From a virus, in IMG/VR virus record IMGVR_UViG_3300042287_000907: a stretch of DNA of 64,000 bases; one strand, written 5' to 3'. Each line of letters opens with the position of its first letter. Position 1 is the stretch's first letter. Below the pieces are notes generated by a model, which was not told the DNA's origin, did not search any database, and saw nothing but the letters and a program-made list of their open reading frames with translations. This document shows, piece after piece, positions 54,509 through 64,000 of this stretch. The translations under genes were made by a program, and so were the position numbers.

Positions 54509-55101
54509 TGTCTCGAGCTGTGGTACTCGGCAACGGCGAAAGCCGTAGAGACATAGACCTAAGCTCATTAATCGTAGACACACTGATTGGTTGCAACGCC
54601 ATTCACAGAGATATCACCGTTGATCACTTGATCTGCTGTGATAGACGAATGGCTGATGAAGCTGTAGAAAATTCTCAGACCAAAAACACGTCGATCTATG
54701 TGAGACCTTCATGGTTTCATTACTTTAGAAAAATACGTAAACACAAAAACATAAAGGTCTTGCCTGACCTTCCCTATAAGGGAGAGCACAAAAAGGACGA
54801 TCCCGACCATTGGGGCAGCGGTGGATTCGCTGTGTTGTTGGCCGCAGCATTGGAATACTCTGAAATAGAACTTATCGGGTTTGATCTGTATCCTGTCAAC
54901 TCTGCTGTGAATAATATCTACAAGGGCACAAAAAATTATGCTAGATCCGATGCACAACCTATAGATTATTCATATTGGGTCTATCAGATCAACCGCGTGT
55001 TCATGTGTCATCCCAATCAAAAATTCATTATTAGAAATCACAGAGATTGGAACATGCCTCGAGAATGGCAGAAAAATAACGTAGAATTTATTGCGTTATA
55101 A
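54508..55101 (+). CDS. Rossmann-like protein (DUF115/Maf/glycosyltransferase-related)
   Basis: AVVLGNGESR, IGCNA, SGG...A and LIGFD motifs. Confidence 0.55.
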   Translation: MSRAVVLGNGESRRDIDLSSLIVDTLIGCNAIHRDITVDHLICCDRRMADEAVENSQTKNTSIYVRPSWFHYFRKIRKHKNIKVLPDLPYKGEHKKDDPDHWGSGGFAVLLAAALEYSEIELIGFDLYPVNSAVNNIYKGTKNYARSDAQPIDYSYWVYQINRVFMCHPNQKFIIRNHRDWNMPREWQKNNVEFIAL

Positions 55102-55138
55102 ATAACTTGATAGTATAATAAATTATACACACAGGCAC

Positions 55139-55214
55139 AGCGGACTTTTACGTCATTCATCCCGCTTTATAAACTCTGCATGTCGTCAAACTTACTCGCT
55201 TTATGCATAGGAGG
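55139..55214 (+). promoter_or_regulatory. Candidate pseudoknot riboswitch-like leader of queD
   Basis: AGCGG/CCGCT stem; loop pairs with downstream ATGTCGT; alternative pairing into the SD. Confidence 0.4.
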
Positions 55215-55220
55215 CAAGAG

Positions 55221-55772
55221 ATGGCGAAATATCTTTCAACAAAAACTTACGGCAATGATAGAGGTCTGTCATGCTGCTTTAGACAATGGCGTGCCACGCA
55301 CAGTCATTGCTCATTATTACACGGATACTCAATCGGAATAAGATTGATTTTTGAATGTGACACTCTTGACGAAAAGAATTGGGGCATGGACTTCGGTGGC
55401 CTCAAAGACTTTAAAGCCTGGGCCGATCACATGTTTGATCACACTACCGTGATCGCTGAAGATGATCCTTTACTAGATCGTTTCAAAGAGATGAGTGGAT
55501 GGAGTTCAAATCCAGAACACGATGGTAGGCCAGAACGTGTACAAGTAGAACCATATCGCAGATCTGGTGTTTGTGATCTACGTGTTGTTCCGGGAGTAGG
55601 CTGTGAAATGTTTGCTAAATTATGCTATGACAAGATGGATTGGTTGTTGAAGAACGGTAACCATCGTTATCCGCTGAATCCAACAGTGCGTATAAAATCT
55701 GTAGAAGTATTTGAACACGCAGGCAATTCTGCCACATACGAAGGCGACATTCCTATTATACGTGAGTGTTGA
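55221..55772 (+). CDS. queD: 6-carboxytetrahydropterin synthase (QueD/PTPS family)
   Basis: HSHCSLLHGY, MDFG, FDH, GCE and VEVFE motifs. Confidence 0.85.
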   Translation: MAKYLSTKTYGNDRGLSCCFRQWRATHSHCSLLHGYSIGIRLIFECDTLDEKNWGMDFGGLKDFKAWADHMFDHTTVIAEDDPLLDRFKEMSGWSSNPEHDGRPERVQVEPYRRSGVCDLRVVPGVGCEMFAKLCYDKMDWLLKNGNHRYPLNPTVRIKSVEVFEHAGNSATYEGDIPIIREC

Positions 55773-55964
55773 ATGAACAGTCTTGAACGTATATGGGCCC
55801 GGGCGACCGGGCACCTAATGGGGCAAACGGATGACGATCGTCCCGATGTTCCTATCCTTACTGTTCGTGAAGCAAGAATAGCACTGTTCTTGAAAACTTT
55901 TTGGGTCATCATTCACGTTATCACCTGCCTGTTTATTATTGCCAACGTTATTAGGCATTGGTAA
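55773..55964 (+). CDS. Small membrane protein
   Basis: C-terminal TM helix. Confidence 0.6.
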   Translation: MNSLERIWARATGHLMGQTDDDRPDVPILTVREARIALFLKTFWVIIHVITCLFIIANVIRHW

Positions 55965-55972
55965 ATAGTTTT

Positions 55973-56803
55973 ATGCGTACATTTGCCATAAACAGAATCG
56001 TTGCCAGCAACGAAAACAAAATATTTCTAATCGCTGGCCCTTGCCAGATAGAAAGCCAAACTCATGCAGAACAAACTGCCGGCACCATAAAAGAAATCTG
56101 TGACGAGCTGGACATTGATTTAGTCTATAAAAGCAGCTTTGACAAGGCCAATAGATCAAGTCTGGGCACTCGACGTGGTATTGGCATTGACGAAGGATTA
56201 AAAATCCTCAACAGCATCAAACATGAATTTGGTATTCCTATATTAACTGACATACACGAAACGTATCAGGCACAGCTAGTAGCAGATGCAGGTATAGATG
56301 TTATACAGATTCCTGCATTCTTGTGTCGTCAAACTGATTTGTTATTGGCTGCAGGTGCTACTGGTTGTGCCATCAATGTCAAAAAAGGTCAGTTTCTTGC
56401 GCCACACGATATGAAAAACGTTGCGGCGAAGATTGCCTCAACTGGTAATGAACGCATTATGTTATGCGAAAGAGGATACACCCATGGATATAATAATCTT
56501 GTTGTGGATATGCGCAGTCTACCCATTATGGCAGGCACCGGGTATCCAGTGGTCTTTGATGCCACTCATAGTGTCCAACAGCCTGGAGGAATGGGGGAAC
56601 GATCAGGTGGAGACCGGACTATGGTACCCTACCTAGCGAGAGCTGCTGTAGCTACCGGATCAGTAGCTGCTGTGTTTGTGGAGTGTCATGAAGATCCAGA
56701 TAATGCTCCCTCAGATGGACCTAATATGATTCCATTAAATCAGTTAAAGAAGTTATTAAAAGACTTGGTGGCCATAGATGGAATTGTCAAAAGAAGAACG
56801 TAA
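55973..56803 (+). CDS. kdsA: KDO-8-phosphate synthase
   Basis: IAGPCQIES, KSSFDKANRSS, PAFLCRQTDL, KKGQF and DATHSVQ motifs. Confidence 0.95.
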   Translation: MRTFAINRIVASNENKIFLIAGPCQIESQTHAEQTAGTIKEICDELDIDLVYKSSFDKANRSSLGTRRGIGIDEGLKILNSIKHEFGIPILTDIHETYQAQLVADAGIDVIQIPAFLCRQTDLLLAAGATGCAINVKKGQFLAPHDMKNVAAKIASTGNERIMLCERGYTHGYNNLVVDMRSLPIMAGTGYPVVFDATHSVQQPGGMGERSGGDRTMVPYLARAAVATGSVAAVFVECHEDPDNAPSDGPNMIPLNQLKKLLKDLVAIDGIVKRRT

Positions 56804-57578
56804 AAGGATCAAGCGCGAAGCCAAAGCCAGAAAGGCCGCACAGCAATATGCAGCCATAGTGGCTGATCTCGATCCTAATACTAAGATCACTATCCTATGT
56901 GTGAGATTCGGCAACAAATACGGACGCGAATACGTAGAAAGACTACGCAACATGATAGCAAGGCATATCACTATTCCTTATGAACTGGTATGTCTTACAG
57001 ATGACCAACATCCCATAGAGGGTGTTCGCAACATCGTCCAGCCTAATGCCAACTATCCTAAAGGTTGGTGGCACAAGGTACACATGTTTGATCCTGATCT
57101 ACCCTTGAGGGGTCGAGTATTATATTTCGATCTAGATGTGGTTATCCATGCTAACATAGACAAACTCACGGTATATTGTCCCGGACAATTCGTAGGCATA
57201 CATGATTTCAATAGAAAATTCTATGCTTCATGGCGATATCTCAACAGTTCTGTAATGGCCTGGGAACACGGCACACAGACACATATCTGGACTCAGTTCC
57301 AAACCAATCCTAGAGATGCACAGCGATTGCAGGGAGATCAGGATTGGATCTGGAAACTGTGTCAGAATTCAATCAAATTTTGGCCTAGAGAATGGATCCA
57401 AAGTTACAAATGGGAAATCCGAAATCGCAGTGAACTCACCATGAACAACGGCAAACGCACATTCGCCACTGTTCGCAACGATGTTATCCCGGATCCAGAA
57501 TGCTCAGTGGCGGTGTTTCACGGCGATCCAAATCCCTGTGCGGTACAGGATAAGTTTGTAGTTGACAACTGGTGCTGA
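56778..57578 (+). CDS. GT-A fold glycosyltransferase
   Basis: WWHK, YFDLDVV (DxD), NSSVM, GDQDWI and FHGDPNP motifs. Confidence 0.75.
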   Translation: MELSKEERKRIKREAKARKAAQQYAAIVADLDPNTKITILCVRFGNKYGREYVERLRNMIARHITIPYELVCLTDDQHPIEGVRNIVQPNANYPKGWWHKVHMFDPDLPLRGRVLYFDLDVVIHANIDKLTVYCPGQFVGIHDFNRKFYASWRYLNSSVMAWEHGTQTHIWTQFQTNPRDAQRLQGDQDWIWKLCQNSIKFWPREWIQSYKWEIRNRSELTMNNGKRTFATVRNDVIPDPECSVAVFHGDPNPCAVQDKFVVDNWC

Positions 57579-57590
57579 TGATGTTATACT
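57562..57590 (+). promoter_or_regulatory. Sigma70 promoter
   Basis: TTGACA-17nt-TATACT immediately before the uvsE ATG. Confidence 0.8.
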
Positions 57591-57596
57591 TGTAGT

Positions 57597-58664
57597 ATGA
57601 ACACTACATACAGACGTATAGGCTTTGCCTGCAAATGGATCAATGATCCTTCCGAAGTTAACGGAATGAAAATTAACGCTCGCGATCGCGACTTAAATAC
57701 AGGCTCAACCACAGTTAGATGGTTGCGTGAACATCCTCAAGAAGCAGAACAGCGGCTTTGGGATTTGATGGAGCGAAACATAGAAGCCTGCTACAAATTA
57801 GTCAGCAGGGTAGGAACATTAGATGAAGATCTTAGAATGGTACGACTCAGTAGTGATATATTGCCTGTATACACTGAGCCTAGTTGGAAGTGGTTTTGGC
57901 GGCAGCCCGATGTTCGGAACTATGCCGAAAGAAATTTTAGCCGAGTGGGTGAACTGGCCCGTGAGAATCGTGTTCGGCTTAGTTTTCATCCTGGTCAGTT
58001 CACTGTGCTGGCTAGCGATAATCCAGGTATTGTCGATCGCTCAATAGAAGAATTTGAGTATCATGTAGATATGGCTCGTTGGATGGGCTATGGCAAAACA
58101 TTCCAAGACTACAAGATTAATGTGCATATTGCTGGCCGACAAGGACCGGACGGTATTCGACGTGCGTTACAACGAATGACTCCCGAAGCTCGCAACTGTC
58201 TTACCATTGAAAACGACGAAATGACCTGGGGAATCGAAGATAGCCTTGAGCTAGTCAATGACTGCGCACTTGTATTAGACATTCATCATCATTGGATTAA
58301 AACTGGAGAATATATTGAACCGACTGACGACCGTGTTAAAAGGGTTATTGATAGCTGGCGTGGTGTTCGGCCTGTCATACATTATAGTGTTTCACGGGAA
58401 GACTGTCTTGTTGAGCATCCCGGACACATCCGCCCCGATCTTTCGACCCTCTTAGAACAGGGTTACAAGAAAGCTAAACTCAGAGCGCACAGTGAGTTTT
58501 ATTGGAATTCTGCGGTCAATGCATGGGCACTGACTTTCAGAAATCAGTTCGACATCATGTGCGAATCAAAAGCAAAAAATCTTGCTTCGTTTACGTTATA
58601 CGAACAGGCTAAAAAGATTACTGTCGAGCCGCTGGTTTGCGACCGCGAGTTGTTGCTTTCTTAG
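57597..58664 (+). CDS. uvsE: UV damage endonuclease
   Basis: RIGFAC, RLSSD, SFHPGQF, IENDE and LDIHHH motifs. Confidence 0.9.
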   Translation: MNTTYRRIGFACKWINDPSEVNGMKINARDRDLNTGSTTVRWLREHPQEAEQRLWDLMERNIEACYKLVSRVGTLDEDLRMVRLSSDILPVYTEPSWKWFWRQPDVRNYAERNFSRVGELARENRVRLSFHPGQFTVLASDNPGIVDRSIEEFEYHVDMARWMGYGKTFQDYKINVHIAGRQGPDGIRRALQRMTPEARNCLTIENDEMTWGIEDSLELVNDCALVLDIHHHWIKTGEYIEPTDDRVKRVIDSWRGVRPVIHYSVSREDCLVEHPGHIRPDLSTLLEQGYKKAKLRAHSEFYWNSAVNAWALTFRNQFDIMCESKAKNLASFTLYEQAKKITVEPLVCDRELLLS

Positions 58665-58923
58665 CAGCTGCCTTGGCTTTTGTAGCTACTTTTTTAACTT
58701 CTGTTTTAGCCTTGTCAACAACCACCGCAGCGTCTTTAGCATCTACTATCCCGTCCTTGTTTACATCGGCAGCAGCTTTGACACCTTCTACCACATTTTG
58801 AACAGAAGTTTTAGCATCAGCAAGATCTACCTTACCGTCATTGTTTACATCAAGAGTCTTAGAACTTCTGTTGAAATACACAAGAGCACCGATAACAACT
58901 ACGACTGCAATCGCTAATAACAT
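58618..58923 (-). CDS. Membrane-anchored protein with two EF-hand/dockerin-like loops and basic tail
   Basis: TM helix; DVNNDGKVDLAD and DVNKDGIVDAKD; KAAAKK tail. Confidence 0.7.
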   Translation of the reverse strand: MLLAIAVVVVIGALVYFNRSSKTLDVNNDGKVDLADAKTSVQNVVEGVKAAADVNKDGIVDAKDAAVVVDKAKTEVKKVATKAKAAAKKATTRGRKPAARQ

Positions 58924-58953
58924 TTCCATAATGAATTCTCCTTGGAGTTGTAT

Positions 58954-59241
58954 TTAGTACTTGCCCACAGGCAAAGTCGTACTAGCGGGCATATCCCAGA
59001 TTTTTTTCTGCTCTACTCCTATTCGTTGAGCAAATCTTTTAGCGTCACACTCTGTGCAGCAATGAAAATAATTGTTGCTGAGACGCTTCTTATCCATGTG
59101 TTTGAGATCACGGGTAAACTCTGAGTCACAGCTGTCGCATCTCAAAATCACTGCGATTTTGTTTCTCACATATTCATGCCGATGACCTAGTTTACTGAGT
59201 CTAACATAATGATTCTGTTGGATTTCTGTTTTGATAAACAT
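58954..59241 (-). CDS. Small Cys-rich (Zn-finger) protein
   Basis: CDSC...CCTEC. Confidence 0.65.
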   Translation of the reverse strand: MFIKTEIQQNHYVRLSKLGHRHEYVRNKIAVILRCDSCDSEFTRDLKHMDKKRLSNNYFHCCTECDAKRFAQRIGVEQKKIWDMPASTTLPVGKY

Positions 59242-59312
59242 CGTGTATTTACATTAGGCTTATAAAACTTTGGGCTAAATACACTCAGCAACTGCTAATC
59301 CTAGGAAAAACT

Positions 59313-62300
59313 ATGGCAAGAAAGACAATTGATATCGGTGCTATTGGCAATGATGGTACCGGTGATAGCATAAGAGATTCATTCAGAAAAGTCAACGACA
59401 ACTTCCGTGAACTTTATAGTTCTCTAGGGCTAGGTGAAAACCTCACTTTTATCGGCCTAGATGACACTCCGGAAACATATGTAGGTCAGAACGATCCTGT
59501 TACCGGATCCACTCCATTAGTTACTGTTAACAACACAGAATCCGGATTGTCGTTTAAGCGATTGATCGCAGGTGCAGGAGTCAGCATAGACTTTACCACC
59601 AATCCCAACGAAATCACTATCAACAGCGAATTTTCAGAAATAGTAGCTGATCCTACTCCTCAGTTAGGAGGTGACCTATCCATGAGGTCGGGTGGAAATC
59701 AATACAGAATTATTGATGCTGGAACAACAATATCTCCGTTAAGCCCCATCTACAAACATGAATTGGTTAACAAAAATTATGCAGATTCAAAGATAGCTCG
59801 AGCAGGAGTTTCTGCTGTTAACCCAGAAACAGGACTAGTAGACGGTTCTTTTGGTACTATGAGTGGTCCGCTGATACTATCACGCAGTCCCGAACCCGAC
59901 GACGACGAACTTTACGGTGGATTGATCGCAGCCACTAAACAATACGTTGATTCATCTGCATTTGGTAGTTCAGTGAATCTTTATGTGGCTCTAAGTGGTT
60001 CTGATGATAGACCCGGTGTTTCCAAAGCTCTACAGGGACGAGCGTTGGCTTATGCTTATCGAACACTAGAAGCTGCACTAAAACGTGCAGAAGAATTGGT
60101 TCTAGAAGGTCCGGCAGAAATCGGACCTTATAAAAAGATATTAACATTTAATAATGGTCTAGGCACATGTACGTTGGATGGTATCGGCGAAGCTCCCGGA
60201 TCGGGTTCGGGATTTTCTGGTATACTGAGAATGAGTATAGACACTGCCGAACTCAACGGAGTAGGAACTAACTATTTTCCAGGTGATATACTATCAGTAG
60301 TTGGTGGTACCGGCACTGGCACAGCCACAATACAGGTGTTAACAACTCTCACAACGCCAGGTGCTATATCTACATTTAAAATAATATCTACCGGAATATA
60401 CACTGCACTACCTGGAACAACCGCGATATCTACCGTCATTTCAACATCTGCAGCACCTGTGGGCATTGGTGCTATTGGCACTGGAGCATCGTTTGATCTA
60501 ACCTATAAGGTAGCCTCAGTCTCTATCGCTCCTGGTGGCGGTGGCTCAGGCTACGGTTTAGTATCTGTGCGCATTACAGGTGGTGGTGGTAGTGGTGCAT
60601 TTGGTACTGCTGTAGTTACTAGTGGGGTAATCACAAGTATCACTATCACTGATAAAGGATCAGGTTTTACTTCCTTGCCAACTCTGCTAGTTAATCTGCC
60701 TCGATTTAGGATTCGCACAGATGGATACCGAACTGATTTCACCGGAGACGTTTTAACTAATACTCCCGAAGCTATACGTGGTCGAGATATTCGTGAAGGT
60801 CTGTTTCTTCGAGGAGAAACTTCTGGCGCCTTGGCGCAGATATTATCACACACAGGTGCCTTAGACAGCGATGGCAATGAAATATTCGACGTTGACATAA
60901 AATTTGGTAACTTTGTAACTGATGAAGTTATATCCTACGGTGACATCAGTAAAAGTATTCAGATTTCCATCTTGGTAGAAAGCGGAGAATACTATGAAAA
61001 CTATCCGTTAAAGGTACCACAAAACTGTTCTATTGTTGGTGATGAATTTCGTAGAGTGATTTTTAGACCATTACCAGGCGTAAGTTCGAGTCCTTGGGCG
61101 TTTCAAAAATTCCGTAGAGATCTGGTCATAGATGGATTAACTACTGCTAATAAACTGTTTGCCTATCACTATCTGTCAGACACAGATGCACCAGTGTATC
61201 CGCCTATTAATAATCCCGGAAACTACGACTCGGCTGCTACACTATTGGATTTAAACAGAACATTCCTACAAAATGAAATCACTGCTTGGATCAACAACAA
61301 TATTGATGTAGCCGGTGTCGGTTCAATCTGGTACAATTTTGAATATCTAGAATCTAAATGTCAACGCGATATCGGATTAATTGTAGATGCCATTGTGTTT
61401 GACCTCAAGTATGGCGAATATAATCGCACAGTCAGTGCTGCACTGAAATATTATCAAGGTGCTAGTGCTCAGTATGCGATTACTGTACAGCTAGAACAAT
61501 ATCAGGAAGTATTGGTTAAACTCAACCAATTGATGCAGAGTATTATAGATAATACTGAGATTACCCCAGTTTATAACCCTACGTTCCCACAGATCATAGA
61601 TCAAGCATTTGTTGCAGAAGTGGGTGCGGACAGTGTTGTTTCTAGCCTTATCACTGCTATTGATAATATCATTGATGAAAGTGGACCCGGATTTGGCAGC
61701 GTAAATCAACCCAAAAACAACGAAGAGATGGATGTGTTCTTGGCTAATGATGCTGTGCGCTGGCAGGCTATTACCGCACAAGGACATGGCGGATTCATGG
61801 GAATATTAGATCCTACAGGCCAGATATTGGCCAAGTCACCATACTTCCAAGAATGTGCTTCATTCTCAAGAAGCAAAGATCGTCAAGTATTTGCAGGTGG
61901 TATGTTTGTAGACGGGTTCACCGGCAATCTGCAATTCCGTCACAATACTACCAGCGGAGATTTTCTCACACTAGGTGTGTCAGGACTGGCTAGATTCCCT
62001 CAACTGCCCTGTTCTTTCTTAGTAGATGATTCGGTATTCCGTGTAAACTATGTTAGAGATTTTGTGTACGATCCCGCTGGATCTTCGGCTAATCTTGTAT
62101 TAGACGATATAAACCCATTTACTCGTGCAGCAGGCACACAGACCTGTACCATTAGCTTTGCGTCGCCGGCAGTGATAACCAGAGTAGCCCACAGACTACA
62201 ACCTGGCGCTACTGTGGTGTTCAGTACCACAGGCACACTACCTGGCGGGATAGTCGCTGGCCAGGAATATTTTATAGCTGAAGATGGACTTACTAATAAC

Positions 62301-64000
62301 ACCTTCAATATCAATGCCGCATTTGGTTCAACTGTTAAAGTAAACACAACCAGTGCTGGTTCGGGTGTTCACAGCTATCAACGAATCTATGAGATCTTGA
62401 TGCCAGGTAACAGATCAATGCTGTGTAACGACTTTACACAGATTAACGATTTAGGCTACGGTATCTGCGCCATCAATGGCGGGTTGGTAGAAGCTGTGAG
62501 CATGTTTACTTACTATTGCCACATCAGCTACTATAGTGTCAATGGCGCACAGATCAGATCAATAGGAGGATCAAGTGCGCATGGTAATTATGCCTTGGTA
62601 GCAGAAGGATTTGATCCACTAGAAATTCCTACTCCGACCAGTGTGTTTGAAGAATTCGCACAGAGAGTCAAATGTTATTTTCCGAACTCAGTCTATGAAA
62701 ATACTCTAAATGGCCTGTTCATCTATATCTACGGTTATGATTATCTACCATTAAATGCTTCAGAACTAGAAGTAGATCACGGCGGAATTATCGTCAGATA
62801 TCCTATTACTACTGTTGCTCAAGAAGACTCATTCCCCGCAGGTGTAGCTCGTTTGAACCTGACTACAGGATCGAGCGGAGCAGAAAGCGACGGTCTGTTT
62901 GCTATTGTGCCTGACAATACCGTGATGACCCTAAGAAACAATGGACAGATCGTACTTACTGGTGGTCTTGAGAATGTAGCTGTGCGTCCATCAACTGGTC
63001 TTAAACTACGAGAAACCAGTAACACGGTATATCGTGTACTGCTGTTTACGTCCATGGAGGACACCACCGGACCTTATCCGGTTAGTATTACCAATGCATC
63101 TCCTGCAGTGATTAAGATTTTAGTGACCGTGAACACTATCACAGATAATCTCGTAACCACCCAACAGAATCACAAACTAAAATTAGGTGATAAGTTCATA
63201 CCTACTTCTACCGCTAATGGGTTTGTCAGTGGAACTACGTATTACGTGATCTCAGTTCCAGAAGCCAATCAGTTTACTGTCAGCACTTCGTCAGGTGGTA
63301 GTGTACATGCCCTTGTTAACGGTAGCGGATTAACCATACAGGGTGTAAAGACACACAAGCTAATAGAAAATTACACAATTAGTTTTAGATCCACAGCTGG
63401 ATTCACTGCCACCATCAGCGGTACCACACTCACTATTGTTAGTTTGACATTCGGTACCATCGCTACTGGTATGACCTTGACTGGTCTTGGCATCACTGCT
63501 GGGACCACAATCAGCAGTGGGTCTGGCTCAACCTGGACCATTAACAACAGTCATACGATAGCATCACCGTTGTCAATGATCTTAACTGGAGCAGTTCCTA
63601 CCGGCATCACTGCAGAAACTGAATACTATGTGTTGCCCGACGGTCTCACAGATACAGAATTCCGTGTCTCCGCTACAAAAAATGGAGTGGCAATCAATAC
63701 TAGTTCTGTAGGCCTAGGTACATTCACACTCACGCATGAAGGTCTGACCAAGACCAATCTCAGAGAAAACTATGACTATGTAGAATTGACTCTTAATGTA
63801 CCAGGTGACACTGCCATCTATAATCTGGTAGCCTCTGACACCACTGTGACCACTAATTTAATTACTCTCAGTACCATTAGTTATCAGGTTAAACCAGGCA
63901 TGCCTATAGTGTTTGCAGGCACTACATTCGGTGGCATTACAGCCAGCACCGTATACTATGTAAGGTCGAGTCCATTTAGTGCCAACATTCCAATTGCCAC
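59313..64000 (+). CDS. Very large virion structural (baseplate/tail) protein, 3' truncated
   Basis: MARKTIDIGAIGNDGTGDSIRDSFRKVNDNF N-terminus (T4-like baseplate gp9/gp10-type motif); G/T/S-rich repeats; the ORF track lists no closed + ORF here, consistent with a frame open to the window end. Confidence 0.8.
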   Translation, partial: MARKTIDIGAIGNDGTGDSIRDSFRKVNDNFRELYSSLGLGENLTFIGLDDTPETYVGQNDPVTGSTPLVTVNNTESGLSFKRLIAGAGVSIDFTTNPNEITINSEFSEIVADPTPQLGGDLSMRSGGNQYRIIDAGTTISPLSPIYKHELVNKNYADSKIARAGVSAVNPETGLVDGSFGTMSGPLILSRSPEPDDDELYGGLIAATKQYVDSSAFGSSVNLYVALSGSDDRPGVSKALQGRALAYAYRTLEAALKRAEELVLEGPAEIGPYKKILTFNNGLGTCTLDGIGEAPGSGSGFSGILRMSIDTAELNGVGTNYFPGDILSVVGGTGTGTATIQVLTTLTTPGAISTFKIISTGIYTALPGTTAISTVISTSAAPVGIGAIGTGASFDLTYKVASVSIAPGGGGSGYGLVSVRITGGGGSGAFGTAVVTSGVITSITITDKGSGFTSLPTLLVNLPRFRIRTDGYRTDFTGDVLTNTPEAIRGRDIREGLFLRGETSGALAQILSHTGALDSDGNEIFDVDIKFGNFVTDEVISYGDISKSIQISILVESGEYYENYPLKVPQNCSIVGDEFRRVIFRPLPGVSSSPWAFQKFRRDLVIDGLTTANKLFAYHYLSDTDAPVYPPINNPGNYDSAATLLDLNRTFLQNEITAWINNNIDVAGVGSIWYNFEYLESKCQRDIGLIVDAIVFDLKYGEYNRTVSAALKYYQGASAQYAITVQLEQYQEVLVKLNQLMQSIIDNTEITPVYNPTFPQIIDQAFVAEVGADSVVSSLITAIDNIIDESGPGFGSVNQPKNNEEMDVFLANDAVRWQAITAQGHGGFMGILDPTGQILAKSPYFQECASFSRSKDRQVFAGGMFVDGFTGNLQFRHNTTSGDFLTLGVSGLARFPQLPCSFLVDDSVFRVNYVRDFVYDPAGSSANLVLDDINPFTRAAGTQTCTISFASPAVITRVAHRLQPGATVVFSTTGTLPGGIVAGQEYFIAEDGLTNNTFNINAAFGSTVKVNTTSAGSGVHSYQRIYEILMPGNRSMLCNDFTQINDLGYGICAINGGLVEAVSMFTYYCHISYYSVNGAQIRSIGGSSAHGNYALVAEGFDPLEIPTPTSVFEEFAQRVKCYFPNSVYENTLNGLFIYIYGYDYLPLNASELEVDHGGIIVRYPITTVAQEDSFPAGVARLNLTTGSSGAESDGLFAIVPDNTVMTLRNNGQIVLTGGLENVAVRPSTGLKLRETSNTVYRVLLFTSMEDTTGPYPVSITNASPAVIKILVTVNTITDNLVTTQQNHKLKLGDKFIPTSTANGFVSGTTYYVISVPEANQFTVSTSSGGSVHALVNGSGLTIQGVKTHKLIENYTISFRSTAGFTATISGTTLTIVSLTFGTIATGMTLTGLGITAGTTISSGSGSTWTINNSHTIASPLSMILTGAVPTGITAETEYYVLPDGLTDTEFRVSATKNGVAINTSSVGLGTFTLTHEGLTKTNLRENYDYVELTLNVPGDTAIYNLVASDTTVTTNLITLSTISYQVKPGMPIVFAGTTFGGITASTVYYVRSSPFSANIPIA

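Noticed and set aside
59935-63067. Minus-strand ORFs in the last 4 kb
   Set aside because: Antisense shadows of the large + strand structural gene starting at 59313.
1-64000. Stop-codon reassignment (alternative genetic code)
   Set aside because: Recognisable genes are full length in code 11 and end with TAA, TAG or TGA; no CTA or TCA suppressor tRNA was seen.

Overview
A 64-kb segment of a large, apparently lytic dsDNA (jumbo, T4-like) bacteriophage genome. The porin and Bug/TctC transporter types suggest a proteobacterial host, probably betaproteobacterial (inference). Layout: (i) 1-8.8 kb, a class III nucleotide cyclase, phosphoesterase, ClpP and many short ORFs behind near-perfect sigma70 promoters, including eight tandem small paralogs; (ii) 8.85-17.6 kb, a tRNA array of 30 tRNAs covering all 20 amino acids plus one degenerate tRNA, interleaved with stem-closed candidate ncRNAs, rpoZ and small enzymes; (iii) 19.8-21.9 kb, a tail-fibre-like gene; (iv) 21.9-45.9 kb, an AT-rich accessory island with 7 PP-loop (SGGxDS-type) ATPases, 10 HxD...H 2OG-Fe(II)-type oxygenases, a radical SAM enzyme, two desaturases, a TctABC-type transporter and a porin; (v) 46-59 kb, a tRNA-like RNA with a pseudoknotted anticodon arm, Hc1-like protein, thyX, queD, kdsA, a glycosyltransferase and uvsE; (vi) a >1500-codon virion protein running off the right end. 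The strongest novel candidate sits in front of the tRNA array: tandem promoters, a 47-codon leader ORF (missed by the ORF track) containing all 20 amino acids, and mutually exclusive antiterminator/terminator hairpins. This looks like a ribosome-coupled attenuator that would switch on the phage tRNA set when any host tRNA is depleted. All calls were made by eye from the sequence; no searches were run.
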